From: Stellaceae bacterium
GTDB lineage: Bacteria; Pseudomonadota; Alphaproteobacteria; ATCC43930; CGMCC-115725
Length of the DNA: 26,858 nucleotides
Direction of reading: 5' to 3'
NCBI GenBank assembly: GCA_041490725.1
Contig: JBGPTQ010000001.1
Location: forward strand, 1-26,858
Positions 26,258 through 26,858 of the stretch are shown piece by piece (position 1 is the first letter of the stretch; each line of letters starts with the position of its first letter). The position numbers and the translations under genes are program-made. Under the pieces are notes generated by a model that had not been told where the DNA came from, did no database searches, and was given only the letters and a program-made list of their open reading frames with translations.

Positions 26258-26857
26258 TCAAACCGCGGCCGCGCCGTAATACAGCGTCACCGTATGCTTC
26301 GCCTCGGCGAAGAACAGCCAACGCTCGACGACCAGACCGAGGGCCGCGCTCGCCACCGCCAGCGCCGCGGCGATCTCCCCCATCCCGCCGGAGCCGATCA
26401 GCGCGACCAGGGTCAACAGCGCCGGCAGAGCGAAGCCGGCGACCCGGGCCACGGCGCGCAGCCGGACCCGGTGCTTGCGCGCGATCTGGTAGCCCATCTC
26501 CTGCAGCAGGTAATTCTCTTCTGTATGCGGCGGTTCGAGCATTTGCACCCGGCCCCGGCTGCCGAGCGCGGTCGCGCTGGCGACGCTGCTCGGGGCGGAG
26601 GTGGTATCGATGAACCGCCAGTAGGCTTCCTTGACGCACCCTGCTGCGACGACCGCCAAGAGGGTCAGGATCGCGGTGCCGACCGGCCAGGGCACCCAAA
26701 ACCGGACGATCAGGTCGAGCAGCAGGAACCCGGCCATGATCCCGAGCGCGAGGTAGTTCGGCACGACCCAGCGATTGTGCCACTGGTGGATCGGCTTCAA
26801 TGACGCATAGATCATGCCGGTGCAGTAGATCGTGCCGGCGGCGAGCGCCGCGGCGAG
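26258..26857 (-). CDS. DmsC/SoeC-type molybdoenzyme membrane anchor subunit, 5'-truncated by the window edge
   Basis: The frame is open to the edge: TIYCTGMIYASLKPIHQWHN...EPPHTEENYLLQEMGY..ARKH...ERWLFFAEAKHTV.LYYG. Confidence 0.87.
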   Translation of the reverse strand, partial: LAAALAAGTIYCTGMIYASLKPIHQWHNRWVVPNYLALGIMAGFLLLDLIVRFWVPWPVGTAILTLLAVVAAGCVKEAYWRFIDTTSAPSSVASATALGSRGRVQMLEPPHTEENYLLQEMGYQIARKHRVRLRAVARVAGFALPALLTLVALIGSGGMGEIAAALAVASAALGLVVERWLFFAEAKHTVTLYYGAAAV

Positions 26858-26858
26858 G

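Noticed and set aside
25736-26858. Conventional attR (copy of the tRNA 3' end) or an integrase
   Set aside because: No copy of the T-arm/acceptor 3' sequence and no recombinase motif were found.

Overview
GC-rich alphaproteobacterial-type chromosomal window with about 25 genes. Left to right: a 5'-truncated PAS protein; a minus-strand hdeD-like / hsp20 / lon run; a ~1 kb low-GC insert (78-aa unknown ORF plus a frameshifted dCTP deaminase, behind a perfect alphaproteobacterial LexA box); alpha/beta hydrolase, DUF4337, DedA, SAM hydroxide adenosyltransferase and a secreted 4-Cys protein; a DesZ/LigZ-like ring-cleavage dioxygenase with a phthalate-family Rieske oxygenase and a second hydrolase; FkbM methyltransferase, GST, lactonase and glxR; the alpha-2-macroglobulin-pbpC pair; DUF29, map and a CinA-like protein; tRNA-Leu(TAA); a small membrane ORF; a duplicated 5' fragment of that tRNA; and the 3' part of a DmsC/SoeC-type anchor gene. 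Three REP-like palindromes are present, one apparently translated inside pbpC. The best candidate for an undescribed system is the putatively SOS-controlled small protein + dCTP deaminase module at 4128-5027. All family calls come from motif recognition by eye; no database searches were run.
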